Source of the DNA: an uncultured Gammaproteobacteria bacterium | GTDB taxonomy: Bacteria > Patescibacteriota > Patescibacteriia > SG8-24 | NCBI GenBank assembly: GCA_964626205.1 | Contig: CAZVED010000001.1 | Coordinates: 961 to 64,960 of the forward strand | DNA length: 64,000 nucleotides | Reading direction: 5' to 3' | Shown: in pieces, positions 34,375 to 43,530 of the stretch | Position numbering within the stretch: the stretch's first letter is position 1 | Layout: the number at the start of each line of letters is the position of its first letter | Translations under genes and position numbers: made by a program | The notes under the pieces: model-generated | What the model was told of the DNA's origin: nothing | Database searches by the model: none | Seen by the model: only the letters and a program-made list of their open reading frames with translations

Positions 34375-35094
34375 ATGGACATAGCGCTCATCGCCTTGCT
34401 GACTGCCGTTGCAACGGCCATCGGAACGACCTCCGGTTTCGGGACGTCGACGGTTATGATTCCCGTGCTCGTCATGGTGCTGCCGCCGGTTGAGGCGATT
34501 TATCTCGTCTCCATCATTCATTGGTTCGGTAATGTTTGGAAGGTCGCGTTGTATCGGAGCGGATTCAGCTGGCGTCTTGTGGGGCTGTTCGGTGTTCCGG
34601 GCGTCGTTGCCGCGCTTGCGGGCGCGTTCTTGACGCTCGCGATCGATCCCGTGCATCTCATGCGCACGCTCGGCGTCATCCTCATCGCCTATGCAACTTT
34701 TACGTTGATGCGTCCGCATCTTCGCGTCCGCGCATCGATAGCGAATGCTGTCGCTGGTGGCGCATTCTCCGGATTCGCGGCAGGCATGTTCGGATTCGGC
34801 GGCATCCTGCGCGGGATGTTCCTTTCCGCGTTCAATCTTCCGGCGCCCGTGTATCTCGCTACCGCGGGAGCCATCGGACTGTTCGTCGATAGTGCGCGCG
34901 TTTTTGCCTACGCGATCGGAGGAGCGCATATTGACGGACGTCTCTGGGCCGGCCTCCTGCTCTTCATTCCGGTTTCCTATGCGAGCGCCGTCGTTGCCAA
35001 GCGGTTCGTCGATCGGTTGTCACAGGCAACGTATCGCATCGTGCTCATGTCCTGCTTTCTACTCATCGGCCTCAAGCTGGCAGTGTTTCCTTAA
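34375..35094 (+). CDS. TauE/SafE-family (DUF81) anion exporter-like membrane protein
   Basis: 239 aa, about 7 TM helices, duplicated Gly-rich helices (TSGFGTSTVMIPVLV..., GGAFSGFAAGMFGFGG) typical of TauE/SafE. Confidence 0.6.
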   Translation: MDIALIALLTAVATAIGTTSGFGTSTVMIPVLVMVLPPVEAIYLVSIIHWFGNVWKVALYRSGFSWRLVGLFGVPGVVAALAGAFLTLAIDPVHLMRTLGVILIAYATFTLMRPHLRVRASIANAVAGGAFSGFAAGMFGFGGILRGMFLSAFNLPAPVYLATAGAIGLFVDSARVFAYAIGGAHIDGRLWAGLLLFIPVSYASAVVAKRFVDRLSQATYRIVLMSCFLLIGLKLAVFP

Positions 35095-35348
35095 AACATC
35101 CTTTTTTCCAACAGGGCGTCCAAAAGTAGGTAGACGATGGGTTTGGGTTATGAGCGGCACGGGCTTGCGGAGGTAGGTGGCGGGCACGACGGGTACACTT
35201 TTTTGCGAGACTGTGGCTCGCAAAAAAGTGGTACCCCGAGATGCCCGCCATCCCGACCTTCGAATGACCCGTTCCGTTTATCTCGAGCCCATTGTATACT
35301 TAGCGCCATCAGCTTCTTTAAGGCTGCATTTTCTGCCCGAGCACCCCT

Positions 35349-36365
35349 ATGGACGCCCAAGACAAGAAGAACGTGGTCGTGACCGGAGGCGCCGGATTCG
35401 TCGGGTCGTTCCTCTGCGAACGTCTCCTGCACGACGGCTATCGTGTCATTTGCATCGACAACCTCGTCACGTCCAGCACGCAGAACATTGACCATCTCCT
35501 TAAGAACTCGGACTTCGAGTTCCTGCGCGCGGACATCACCGAACCTATCGACCTCGAGGTATACCCCGAGCTCGAGCGATTCAAGGTGCGTTTTCAGGGT
35601 ATCCAGTCCATTTACCACCTCGCGTGCCCGACGAGCATCAAGCGGTTCGATGCGCTGCGCAAGCAGACGCTGCTCGCCAACTCGGTCGGCATGCGGAACG
35701 TGCTGGAGCTCGCCGTGAAGTACAAGGCGAAGTTCTTCCACTCGTCTACATCGATCATCTACGGGTTCCGTCCGGACGATGGGCATCTGTTCGAGGAGTC
35801 GGAGTACGGACTCGTTCCGCATCTCACGCCGCGCAGCTGCTACGACACCGGAAAGTTCTGGGCCGAGACCATGGCCATGACGTACGCCGACATCCACGGC
35901 TTGGATGTCCGTATCGCCCGCGTCTTCCGCACGTACGGGCCACGCATGCCGCTCGACGACGGCCACATGATCCCGGATTTCGTCATCGCTGCGCTCGACA
36001 ACAAGGACATGGTCATCTATGGCGATGAGACGCTTCGTACGTCGTTCGTGTATGTCACCGATGTCGTTGACGGCATCGCCCGTCTCATGGACCTTCCGAC
36101 GAATCCGGGCCCGGTGAACCTTGGCAGCGACTACGAGATGAAGGTCGTCGATGTCGCGACGCGCATCAAGGAACTCGTCGGATCGACGTCTGGTATCACG
36201 TACCAGCCGCGACTCCCGTTCTTGCGCGACCTTGGTCTCCCGAACCTCACGAAGGCGAAGGCCGACCTCGGCTGGATTCCGCTCGTGAGCCTGGAGCAGG
36301 GCCTCAAGAAGACCATCGAGTACACGCAGGGACACCGCGGCCTGCTCTCGTCGTTCGGCGGCTAA
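35349..36365 (+). CDS. UDP-glucuronate decarboxylase (UDP-xylose synthase)-like NAD-dependent sugar epimerase/dehydratase
   Basis: VVVTGGAGFVGSFLCERLL Rossmann motif, IYHLACPTS, catalytic YDTGKFWAE (YxxxK) matching the UXS subfamily of SDR enzymes. Confidence 0.75.
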   Translation: MDAQDKKNVVVTGGAGFVGSFLCERLLHDGYRVICIDNLVTSSTQNIDHLLKNSDFEFLRADITEPIDLEVYPELERFKVRFQGIQSIYHLACPTSIKRFDALRKQTLLANSVGMRNVLELAVKYKAKFFHSSTSIIYGFRPDDGHLFEESEYGLVPHLTPRSCYDTGKFWAETMAMTYADIHGLDVRIARVFRTYGPRMPLDDGHMIPDFVIAALDNKDMVIYGDETLRTSFVYVTDVVDGIARLMDLPTNPGPVNLGSDYEMKVVDVATRIKELVGSTSGITYQPRLPFLRDLGLPNLTKAKADLGWIPLVSLEQGLKKTIEYTQGHRGLLSSFGG

Positions 36366-36374
36366 TCATCGGAT

Positions 36375-37043
36375 ATGAAGACCGTCGTCGTCATCCCGGC
36401 ATATAACGAAGAACGGCACGTCGGCGACGTGGTCCGTTCTTTGCGTTCCGTCGCGGATGCGGTCGTGGTGGTGAATGACGGCTCGACTGACCGGACGGGG
36501 GAGGTGGCTGCCGCGGCCGGTGCCACAGTCGTGCGACATGCCGTGAACCGCGGCTACGGCGCAGGTACCGCGACCGGCATCGCCGCCGCGCTTCGCATGG
36601 GCGCGGACGCCATCGTCACTTTCGACGCGGACGGGCAGCATGCGGCTTCCGATGTTCCACGCATCGTGGCTCCGCTCGTCGATGGAGGAGCGGACATCGT
36701 CATCGGCGTGCGCACGGTGGAGCGCGATCGCATTCCGGTGACGCGCCGTGCCGCGCACTGGTGCGCCAACGCGCTCACCTACGCGCTCTTCGGTCTCTGG
36801 GTGACAGACTCCCACTCCGGTCTTCGCGCGTTCTCGCGCCGGATGAGTGAGGGCATGGAGCTGAAGTGCGACCGCATGGAAGTCGCTTCGGAAATCATCA
36901 AGGAAATCAAGCGTGGTGGGTGGAAGCTCGCGGAGGTTCCCATCGTGCCTATTTATACCGAATACTCTCTTTCGAAAGGTCAGAGCTTCACGGTCGGTCT
37001 CAAGACCGCCTGGCGTCTCATCGTGAGCAAGGTCCTTCATTAG
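36375..37043 (+). CDS. glycosyltransferase family 2, polyprenyl-phosphate sugar transferase-like (DPM1/GtrB/ArnC type)
   Basis: VVVIPAYNEERHVGDVV...VVVNDGSTDRTGEVA..., DADGQH motif, C-terminal amphipathic region; 222 aa. Confidence 0.75.
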   Translation: MKTVVVIPAYNEERHVGDVVRSLRSVADAVVVVNDGSTDRTGEVAAAAGATVVRHAVNRGYGAGTATGIAAALRMGADAIVTFDADGQHAASDVPRIVAPLVDGGADIVIGVRTVERDRIPVTRRAAHWCANALTYALFGLWVTDSHSGLRAFSRRMSEGMELKCDRMEVASEIIKEIKRGGWKLAEVPIVPIYTEYSLSKGQSFTVGLKTAWRLIVSKVLH

Positions 37044-37044
37044 T

Positions 37045-37401
37045 ATGCCGCTCATCCAAATCATCATCGTCGCTTTCGCCGCGTATGCGCTTTCCCGCGC
37101 GGTCGTTCGGTTCCGCTCCGGCGAACTGCACCTTGGCCAGATGGCGCTGTGGTCGCTGTTTTGGGTCGTCGTCGCAACCGTTGCGCTGCTCCCGCAGACG
37201 ACATCGTGGGTCGCCGCCGCCGTCGGTGTCGGGCGCGGCGCGGATCTTGTCATCTACTGCTCCATCATCGCGCTTTTCTATGCAGTGTTCCGCCTCTTCG
37301 TGCGTATCGAGCGTATGGAGCGGAACATCACGACGCTCGTGCGCGAGGTCGGGCTTCGTGAAGCCGGACTCGATGAGAAAGAGCCGTCCGACGCCGCATG
37401 A
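37045..37401 (+). CDS. DUF2304-like small membrane protein (GT2 partner)
   Basis: MPLIQIIIVAFAAYALSRAVVRFRSGELHLGQMALWSLFWVVVATVAL; family commonly encoded next to GtrB-type GT2 genes; coupled start/stop on both sides. Confidence 0.5.
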   Translation: MPLIQIIIVAFAAYALSRAVVRFRSGELHLGQMALWSLFWVVVATVALLPQTTSWVAAAVGVGRGADLVIYCSIIALFYAVFRLFVRIERMERNITTLVREVGLREAGLDEKEPSDAA

Positions 37402-38465
37402 GCACGCCAGTCGCCGCAAAGAAGATCACGGTCATTGTGCTCGCCTATAACGGTGAGCGTTTTCTCGAAACGTGTCTCGCGAGCGTCCAGGCGCTCAATT
37501 ATAGTCCGCATGACGTCCGGGTCATCGTTGTCGACAATGCTTCCACCGACCGAAGTGCGGATATTGTTGTGGAGAAGTTCCCGTCCGTGACGCTTATCCG
37601 GAACCCGAAAAACGATGGGTTCGCAGGTGGTAACAACATCGCCATTCGTCGCGCGCTCGAGGATGGCGCAGACTACGTCTATCTGCTCAATCAAGATGCC
37701 TCACTCGCGCCGGACGCGCTCACGGAGGCGGTGCGTGTCGCGGAAGCGGACGAGCGTATCGGGTCCGTGCAGTCCATGCTGCTTTTGGCGAAGGAGCCGG
37801 AACGCATCAACTCCGCCGGAAATGCCATTCATTTCCTCGGGCTTGGGTATGCCACGGGATATCGCGTACCGCTCGCGGAGTGGCCGCACCACGGCATCCC
37901 GGAGATCGCGTACGCCTCGGGCGCATGCGTGCTGTATCGTGCGGACGCTTTGCACGCCGCTGGCCTCTTCGACGAGGAGCTGTTCCTGTATCACGAAGAC
38001 CTCGATCTTGGCTGGCGTATCCGTCTCGCAGGCTTCGGCAACGTGCTCGCGCCGCATTCGTTCGCGTATCACGACTACGAGTTCTCGCGCAGCATCACGA
38101 AGTACTACTTCATGGAGCGCAACCGTTTCATCGTGCTGCTCAAGAACTTCCGCGTCTGGACGCTCGTCCTGCTGTCACCGTTTTTGCTTGCGGCCGAAGT
38201 CGCGCTGTTCCTCGCGGCGTTCGCGGGAGGTTGGTGGAAGGAGAAGCTCCAGGTGTACCGGTATTTCTTCGACGCACGCGTTTGGCGGCATATCGCGCGG
38301 GAACGCGCGAAGGTCATCTTGCTACGCACGGTCGGTGACCGGGAAATCGTCCGTCTGTTCACTCCGATCATCGCGTTCCAGGACGTGACGGGACCCTTTA
38401 CGACGTACGTCGCGAACCCGCTCATGCGTGTCGTGTGGGCCGTCATCCGCATCTTCATCATATGA
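37398..38465 (+). CDS. glycosyltransferase family 2 (rhamnosyl/glucosyl-transferase-like)
   Basis: ITVIVLAYNGERFLETCLASV..., VVDNASTDRS, DxD-type region (YVYLLNQDA), 355 aa. Confidence 0.7.
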   Translation: MSTPVAAKKITVIVLAYNGERFLETCLASVQALNYSPHDVRVIVVDNASTDRSADIVVEKFPSVTLIRNPKNDGFAGGNNIAIRRALEDGADYVYLLNQDASLAPDALTEAVRVAEADERIGSVQSMLLLAKEPERINSAGNAIHFLGLGYATGYRVPLAEWPHHGIPEIAYASGACVLYRADALHAAGLFDEELFLYHEDLDLGWRIRLAGFGNVLAPHSFAYHDYEFSRSITKYYFMERNRFIVLLKNFRVWTLVLLSPFLLAAEVALFLAAFAGGWWKEKLQVYRYFFDARVWRHIARERAKVILLRTVGDREIVRLFTPIIAFQDVTGPFTTYVANPLMRVVWAVIRIFII

Positions 38466-39610
38466 GCTCATCGAAACCTCGCATCGCTATCGTCACTGCG
38501 ACCTTTCCGCCCTATCGCGGCGGCATGGGTCGCGTCGCCCAGCTCGACGCCGAACAGCTCGCGTCGGCCGGATTCGACGTGCATGTCTACGCACCGCACG
38601 TCTACGAGCGTTCTACGGACGGGTATACGACGCACGCGCTGCGCTCATGGTTCCGATACGGGAACGCGTCCTTCGTGCCGGGTGTACGCGCGCTGTTGCG
38701 GCGGTATCCGCTCGTCCTCTTGCACTACCCGTTCTTCGGAGGGGCTGAGCCGCTCGCGCTCTTTCGGAAACCGGGCGAGGGCAAGCTCGCGGTGACGTAC
38801 CACATGGACGTCGTCGGCAAGGGCATGCTTCGGCCGGTGTTCGCGTTCCATACACGCGCGGTGATGCCGCGTATCGTCCGTGCGGCGGATCGCGTCATTG
38901 TCACAAGTCGGGACTACATTGAACACTCCGCGGCTGCGCCGCTTTTCCGCGAACGCCCGGATGCTTTCGCTGTCGTGCCGCCGTCCGTCGACACGGAACG
39001 GTTTGCGCCGGGCGCGCCGAACTCCGCGGTCTGTGAACGGTTCAGTATCGACGCGAAGATGCCTGTCGTCATGTTCACTGGCGGCCTCGACCGCGCACAC
39101 TACTTCAAAGGCCTCTCGCATCTTATCCGCGCGGTGGCATCGAAGCCGCTCCGGGGCGCGCAGCTCATCGTTGCGGGGGACGGGGACCTTCGCAAGCGGT
39201 ATGAGCAGGAAGCGGAAGCGGCCGGTATCGCCGAACGTGCGAATTTTCTTGGTGCGGTCTCGGATGACGATCTGCCGTGCCTTTTGCAGCGTGCCGATGT
39301 TTTTGCGTTTCCATCGGTCGATCGCTCGGAAGCGTTCGGTATCGCCGCGCTTGAGGCGCTCTCGAGTGGTGTCCCTGTGGTCGCGAGCGATCTTCCGGGC
39401 GTGCGCACCGTGGTGCGCGATGGCGTGAACGGTTTCACGGTCCCGCCGGGAGACGTCTCCGCGCTTGCCGCACGATTAGCAGAGGTACTCGGAGACGCCG
39501 CGCTTCGTGCGCGCATGAGCGGGGCTGCCCGCGCAATCGCGGTCGCGGAGTATGCTCCCGCGCCGCGCAAAGAGGCGTTGCTTGCGGCGCTTTCGCCGCT
39601 GCTGCCGTGA
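38462..39610 (+). CDS. glycosyltransferase family 4
   Basis: EAFGIAALEALSSGVPVVASDLPGVRTVVRDGVNGFTVPPGD; ATG overlaps the upstream stop (ATGA). Confidence 0.7.
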   Translation: MSSSKPRIAIVTATFPPYRGGMGRVAQLDAEQLASAGFDVHVYAPHVYERSTDGYTTHALRSWFRYGNASFVPGVRALLRRYPLVLLHYPFFGGAEPLALFRKPGEGKLAVTYHMDVVGKGMLRPVFAFHTRAVMPRIVRAADRVIVTSRDYIEHSAAAPLFRERPDAFAVVPPSVDTERFAPGAPNSAVCERFSIDAKMPVVMFTGGLDRAHYFKGLSHLIRAVASKPLRGAQLIVAGDGDLRKRYEQEAEAAGIAERANFLGAVSDDDLPCLLQRADVFAFPSVDRSEAFGIAALEALSSGVPVVASDLPGVRTVVRDGVNGFTVPPGDVSALAARLAEVLGDAALRARMSGAARAIAVAEYAPAPRKEALLAALSPLLP

Positions 39611-40806
39611 CACGCATGAAGATCTGCATTGTTTCCAACTTGTATGGGGAGCTCGCGCGCGGGGGAGCGGAGCGTATCGCGGAAGCCCAGGCGCGCGCGT
39701 TGGTTGGGGCCGGGCATGTGGTAACCGTCATCACCGCAAAGCCGGTGGATTCGGCGGCGCCGGACACGGAAACCATCGATGGTGTCACCGTGCATCGCAT
39801 CATGCCTCGCAACCTTTTCTTTTACACCGACGCACACCGCCATTCGCTCGTCGCACGGTTCGCTTGGCACCTCATTGATACGTTCAACGGTGGCGCGGCG
39901 GAAGCGGTCGGCGACATTCTTCGTAAAGATCCGCCAGACATCGTGCATACGCACAACCTCATGGGTCTGAGTTTTCTCGTGCCAGCGACGGTGCGCCGCA
40001 TGCGATTCCGTCATGTTCATACGTTGCACGACGTGCAGCTGCTGCACCCGTCGGGACTCATTGGTGTCGGGGAAGAACATCCGCCGTTTTTCGTACGACT
40101 CGCGCGCCGTGCGTATGGTGCGCTCATGCGATGGCTCATGGGGTCACCGGACGTCGTCATTTCGCCATCGCGATTCCTGGCCGATAAGCACGTGCACACC
40201 GGGTTCTTCCGGCGGTCTGATGTGCGTATCGTGCCGAATCCGGTACCGGACGCGCTCGTCGAACCGGTCAAAAAGGAGGGTCGAAACCGCTTCTTGTTCG
40301 TGGGGCAGATGGAGGCGCATAAGGGCGCTGTAGGCCTCTTGGAGGCCTGGGAGAGGCTCCAGGGCCTCGATGGGGGTACGTTGGAGCTGGCAGGGGACGG
40401 GACGCTGGCGGAGGAGGTCGCGCGGCGTTGTGCCGGGCTTTCGGGCTGCCGCATGCTCGGCAAAGTTACAGGAGAGACGCTTTCCGCAGCGTATGACCGC
40501 GCGGCATTCGTGGTGCTGCCGTCCGTCGTCATCGAGAACGCGCCGACCGTCATCGGCGAGGCGTTCGCGCGCGGTGTGCCGGTGATCGCTTCCGCGATCG
40601 GTGGTATTCCGGAGATCGTCCGTAACGACGTGAACGGCTTCCTTGCGATTCCGGGCGACGCGGCATCTTTGGACGGAGCGTTGCTCCGTGCTACGCGTCA
40701 CGGTGATTGGGACGCGCTCTCCGCGAACGCGCTCGTCTCCGCGCGCGGGCGTTCCATGGAACGGCACCTTGCGGGGTTGCTGGAGGCATACGCGGGCGAC
40801 GATTGA
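39607..40806 (+). CDS. glycosyltransferase family 4
   Basis: KICIVSNLYGELARGGAERIAEAQARALVGAGHVVTVI..., ENAPTVIGEAFARGVPVIASAIGGIPEIVRNDVNGFL. Confidence 0.7.
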   Translation: MTRMKICIVSNLYGELARGGAERIAEAQARALVGAGHVVTVITAKPVDSAAPDTETIDGVTVHRIMPRNLFFYTDAHRHSLVARFAWHLIDTFNGGAAEAVGDILRKDPPDIVHTHNLMGLSFLVPATVRRMRFRHVHTLHDVQLLHPSGLIGVGEEHPPFFVRLARRAYGALMRWLMGSPDVVISPSRFLADKHVHTGFFRRSDVRIVPNPVPDALVEPVKKEGRNRFLFVGQMEAHKGAVGLLEAWERLQGLDGGTLELAGDGTLAEEVARRCAGLSGCRMLGKVTGETLSAAYDRAAFVVLPSVVIENAPTVIGEAFARGVPVIASAIGGIPEIVRNDVNGFLAIPGDAASLDGALLRATRHGDWDALSANALVSARGRSMERHLAGLLEAYAGDD

Positions 40807-40856
40807 CGCGGGTCGGGCGAAGCGCTATCCTTTTCCACGCTTCCTAGGAGGTCTGC

Positions 40857-41111
40857 ATGAACACGAGAATCGCGATGGGCTTTTCCCTGCTATTCGTTTT
40901 CATCCCGATCGTTATCGGGGTATTCGCTTCGGCACCGGCCGTCCTCGTCATGGGAGTCGTCTATCTGCTTGCGGGAGCACTTCCCGTCCTTCCGGTCGGC
41001 AGGAACGTCGGCGGGGACCCACTCGCCGCGGAGATCAATCCGCCGATCATCGCGCTCATCATTCTCGGCCTGCTTGGCACAGCTCGCTTCGTCCTGCACG
41101 TGCTTCCGTGA
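40857..41111 (+). CDS. small (84 aa) membrane protein
   Basis: three hydrophobic helices; followed by a strong terminator. Confidence 0.4.
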   Translation: MNTRIAMGFSLLFVFIPIVIGVFASAPAVLVMGVVYLLAGALPVLPVGRNVGGDPLAAEINPPIIALIILGLLGTARFVLHVLP

Positions 41112-41142
41112 AAAAGCTACCGCCTTCCGGGCGGTATTTTTA
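41111..41142 (+). terminator. rho-independent terminator
   Basis: AAAAAGCTACCGCC-ttcc-GGGCGGTATTTTTAAAA. Confidence 0.6.
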
Positions 41143-41208
41143 AAACATCAGCTAAAGGAGAGTACGAATGCAGATGAGGTGCGAGAGAGGTGACTTTGGA
41201 ACAGATGC

Positions 41209-41313
41209 AAGTCTTGGCAAAGCACGGGTGACGCCGGGAGAGGTCTCCACAAGCCGCGCGCTTCAGCGCGCGGAGCAGTGGAGAAACCCGGCGGCAGGAC
41301 CCGTGCCGTCATG
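41209..41313 (+). repeat. family-C conserved ~105-nt structured hairpin element (candidate small RNA or second REP-like family), copy 1
   Basis: AAGTCTTGGCAAAGCACGGGTGACGCCGGGAGAGGTCTCCACAAGCCGCGCGCTTCAGCGCGCGGAGCAGTGGAGAAACCCGGCGGCAGGACCCGTGCCGTCATG folds into a long imperfect hairpin; about 92% identical to the copy at 58709-58813 (minus strand), with compensatory differences. Confidence 0.6.
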
Positions 41314-41351
41314 AATGGAATACATGGTCCAAGACCCTGCTCGTACCATCA

Positions 41352-43505
41352 TCAGCGTTCATACCGGAAGATCCATACGCGATCCTCCACGACCCACGAC
41401 TCCGCCGCGTCACGTCGCGCGCCGACGAGGATGTTCTGCGCGCCGTGCCAGTAGTGGTTCACTACGAAGAACGCCTGGTCTACGCCGGCGAGGTCCATCG
41501 CCGCGAGTGCTTCATCGGCACAGCCTGCACAGTCGTTCATAGCGAGGAAGCGCGCATAGAGCGGTCCGCCGGTTGGGACGGGGTAGAAGAAGATGTCACC
41601 GCGTTCACCGAAGTACGTGCGGAACCCGGATTCCTTGATTGCCGCGGCGGACACCGATTGGTTCGCGAGGACGACGTACGGTTTTCCTTTTGCCGCTTCT
41701 TCGATGCGCTGGACGGCTGTGACGTCGTGCGCGCTCGTAGACCATCCACGGCTGCTTTCGTACGTGTCGCGGCGTGGGTAGGCGAGGTAGAAGGACGCGG
41801 TCACAAGGATCGCGATGAGCGCCGCTGTGCCGACACGGAGACTCGGCATGCCGTTCCGTGCGCGTCGGAGCATTTCGCCGAACGCGACGACGGCGGTTGG
41901 GGCGAGGAGGAACACCGTCAGGTCGAGAAGGCGATCGGCGTAGTTGGATTGTTCGTAGTCGATGAGGAATGGGAAGTCGATGAACGACTTGAGGAGCACG
42001 TAGTTGCCGAGGAAGACGATGGCACCGACGGCGTAGGCATCCGCTGCTTCGCGGCGTTTGCGGAGGAGGACGATGCCAGCGAGGCCTGCAAGGAGCAGGA
42101 GCGGTATGCGCCAGGTCCGCCAAGCGTAGACGAGGTCGAGTCCGGCGCGGAACTGCCGCGTGGCGATGTCTGGCGCGGCGTTGAGCTCACGGACGATGGC
42201 AGCAGGACTCTTGAGCGTGTCCGTGTCGAGGTGGACGGATGCGCCTGAGAGCGCGGCGTTCAGCATGAAGACTGCAGGTAGCGCGAGGGAGCCGAGGATG
42301 GCGACGGCGACGAGTGCACGACGACGTGCGGTCACGGCAAGGCGACCGTAGCCTTCGATAGCGACGACGATAATGACAACGCCGACGAAGAGGAGCGCGG
42401 GGATGCCGGCGAGCGGATGCACGAGCGCGGTCGCGATGCCTAAGAGGACGAGCAGCGGCTTCGGGAACGCTGATGGCAGATGCACGGCCACGAGCGCGAG
42501 GAACGCAGTCATGAGTAGGAGCGCGTTCGCGACTCCTTGCGGCGTGGTCGCCACGAACGATGAGAGCGGGAGGAGGAACAGGCCGGCGCTTGCAGCTGCG
42601 GCTAACGGAGCATCCCACCGAAACGCGCGGCGAAGGCTCCAGAATGCAATCGGAACGGCGAGCGCGGCAAGAGCATGGACGAGGGAGAGGTCGATGGCGC
42701 CGACTGCGGAACCGGTGAGCCGTGCCAGCACGACGACAATCGCGTACTGACCGACGTAGTAGAACGGTTTTGGTGAAATCATTCCGTCGCGGAAGATGGC
42801 TTCTTCCGTGGCGCGGTGAATGAACGGGTCGAAGCCGTAGCCGATCGCGTAGACGAGCGTTGCGACGGAGGTCAATGTGGCCATGAGGAGCATCATGGGG
42901 AGTACGGCGGTGCGTCCTATGACACCGGATGCGGAAAGCATGAAGATGCCGCCTGCCGTGAGGAAGACGAGCGGAAAGACTGCGGAAGGGACTGCGTCCC
43001 ATGGTGTACGGATAGCCGCGTCTGTGGCGGATCCTGCGACGAGCGTTATCACGTACCAGAGGACGGCGACATAGGCCATGAGAAGCACGCTCGCAATGAT
43101 GCGCGCAGGCAGGGGTGGTGTTGATGGAGTACTGTCGGCGTCATCAGTATTCGCGTTGAAGATGCCGTTACTGCTCGCCTGACGTCGTGGGATGGCCGTG
43201 ACAATGAGCGGAGTACTAATGACAACGAACATGGTCGCCATCGTTCCGAGGTTTGCCGCATAGTACATTGCGCTTCCGGCAATCATGAGGATGCAGAGGA
43301 AGAGCGTGCCGCCGAGCGTGATGCGCCAGATACCACGTTCGGCAGGGAGGAGGCGTTCGCCGCAGAGCCAGGATCCGAGGATGAGGTAGATTGCTCCAAG
43401 GAAGGGTTTGAGCGGCACGGTGGCGGGAAGCAGAAGCGCGAGTGCGCCACATGCTGTCAGGATAAGCGGGAAAAGGGTATACTTTTTCAGTGAAATGCTT
43501 CCCAT
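41352..43505 (-). CDS. large polytopic membrane protein with C-terminal extracytoplasmic domain (GT-C/YfhO/PMT-like candidate)
   Basis: about 14 TM helices then a ~200-aa soluble C-terminal domain; start set at MGSISLKK (43505); the first ~288 aa of the ORF-track ORF to 44369 are antisense read-through of 43531..44124. Confidence 0.5.
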   Translation of the reverse strand: MGSISLKKYTLFPLILTACGALALLLPATVPLKPFLGAIYLILGSWLCGERLLPAERGIWRITLGGTLFLCILMIAGSAMYYAANLGTMATMFVVISTPLIVTAIPRRQASSNGIFNANTDDADSTPSTPPLPARIIASVLLMAYVAVLWYVITLVAGSATDAAIRTPWDAVPSAVFPLVFLTAGGIFMLSASGVIGRTAVLPMMLLMATLTSVATLVYAIGYGFDPFIHRATEEAIFRDGMISPKPFYYVGQYAIVVVLARLTGSAVGAIDLSLVHALAALAVPIAFWSLRRAFRWDAPLAAAASAGLFLLPLSSFVATTPQGVANALLLMTAFLALVAVHLPSAFPKPLLVLLGIATALVHPLAGIPALLFVGVVIIVVAIEGYGRLAVTARRRALVAVAILGSLALPAVFMLNAALSGASVHLDTDTLKSPAAIVRELNAAPDIATRQFRAGLDLVYAWRTWRIPLLLLAGLAGIVLLRKRREAADAYAVGAIVFLGNYVLLKSFIDFPFLIDYEQSNYADRLLDLTVFLLAPTAVVAFGEMLRRARNGMPSLRVGTAALIAILVTASFYLAYPRRDTYESSRGWSTSAHDVTAVQRIEEAAKGKPYVVLANQSVSAAAIKESGFRTYFGERGDIFFYPVPTGGPLYARFLAMNDCAGCADEALAAMDLAGVDQAFFVVNHYWHGAQNILVGARRDAAESWVVEDRVWIFRYER

Positions 43506-43530
43506 AGAGTTCTCGTAGTGTACCACAGTC

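Noticed and set aside
35148-36335. 395-aa minus-strand ORF opposite the UXS-like gene
   Set aside because: The plus strand has SDR Rossmann and YxxxK motifs.
39100-40080. 326-aa minus-strand ORF across two GT4 genes
   Set aside because: It spans a gene junction, and the plus-strand genes carry GT4 motifs.
41209-41313. Considered SRP RNA, 6S RNA, tmRNA or RNase P identity for the family-C hairpin
   Set aside because: The loop and internal-loop sequences do not match the conserved SRP domain IV (GNRA tetraloop, AGCAGC internal loop) or the other consensus sequences. Two copies of any of these would also be unexpected. Left as an unassigned structured element.
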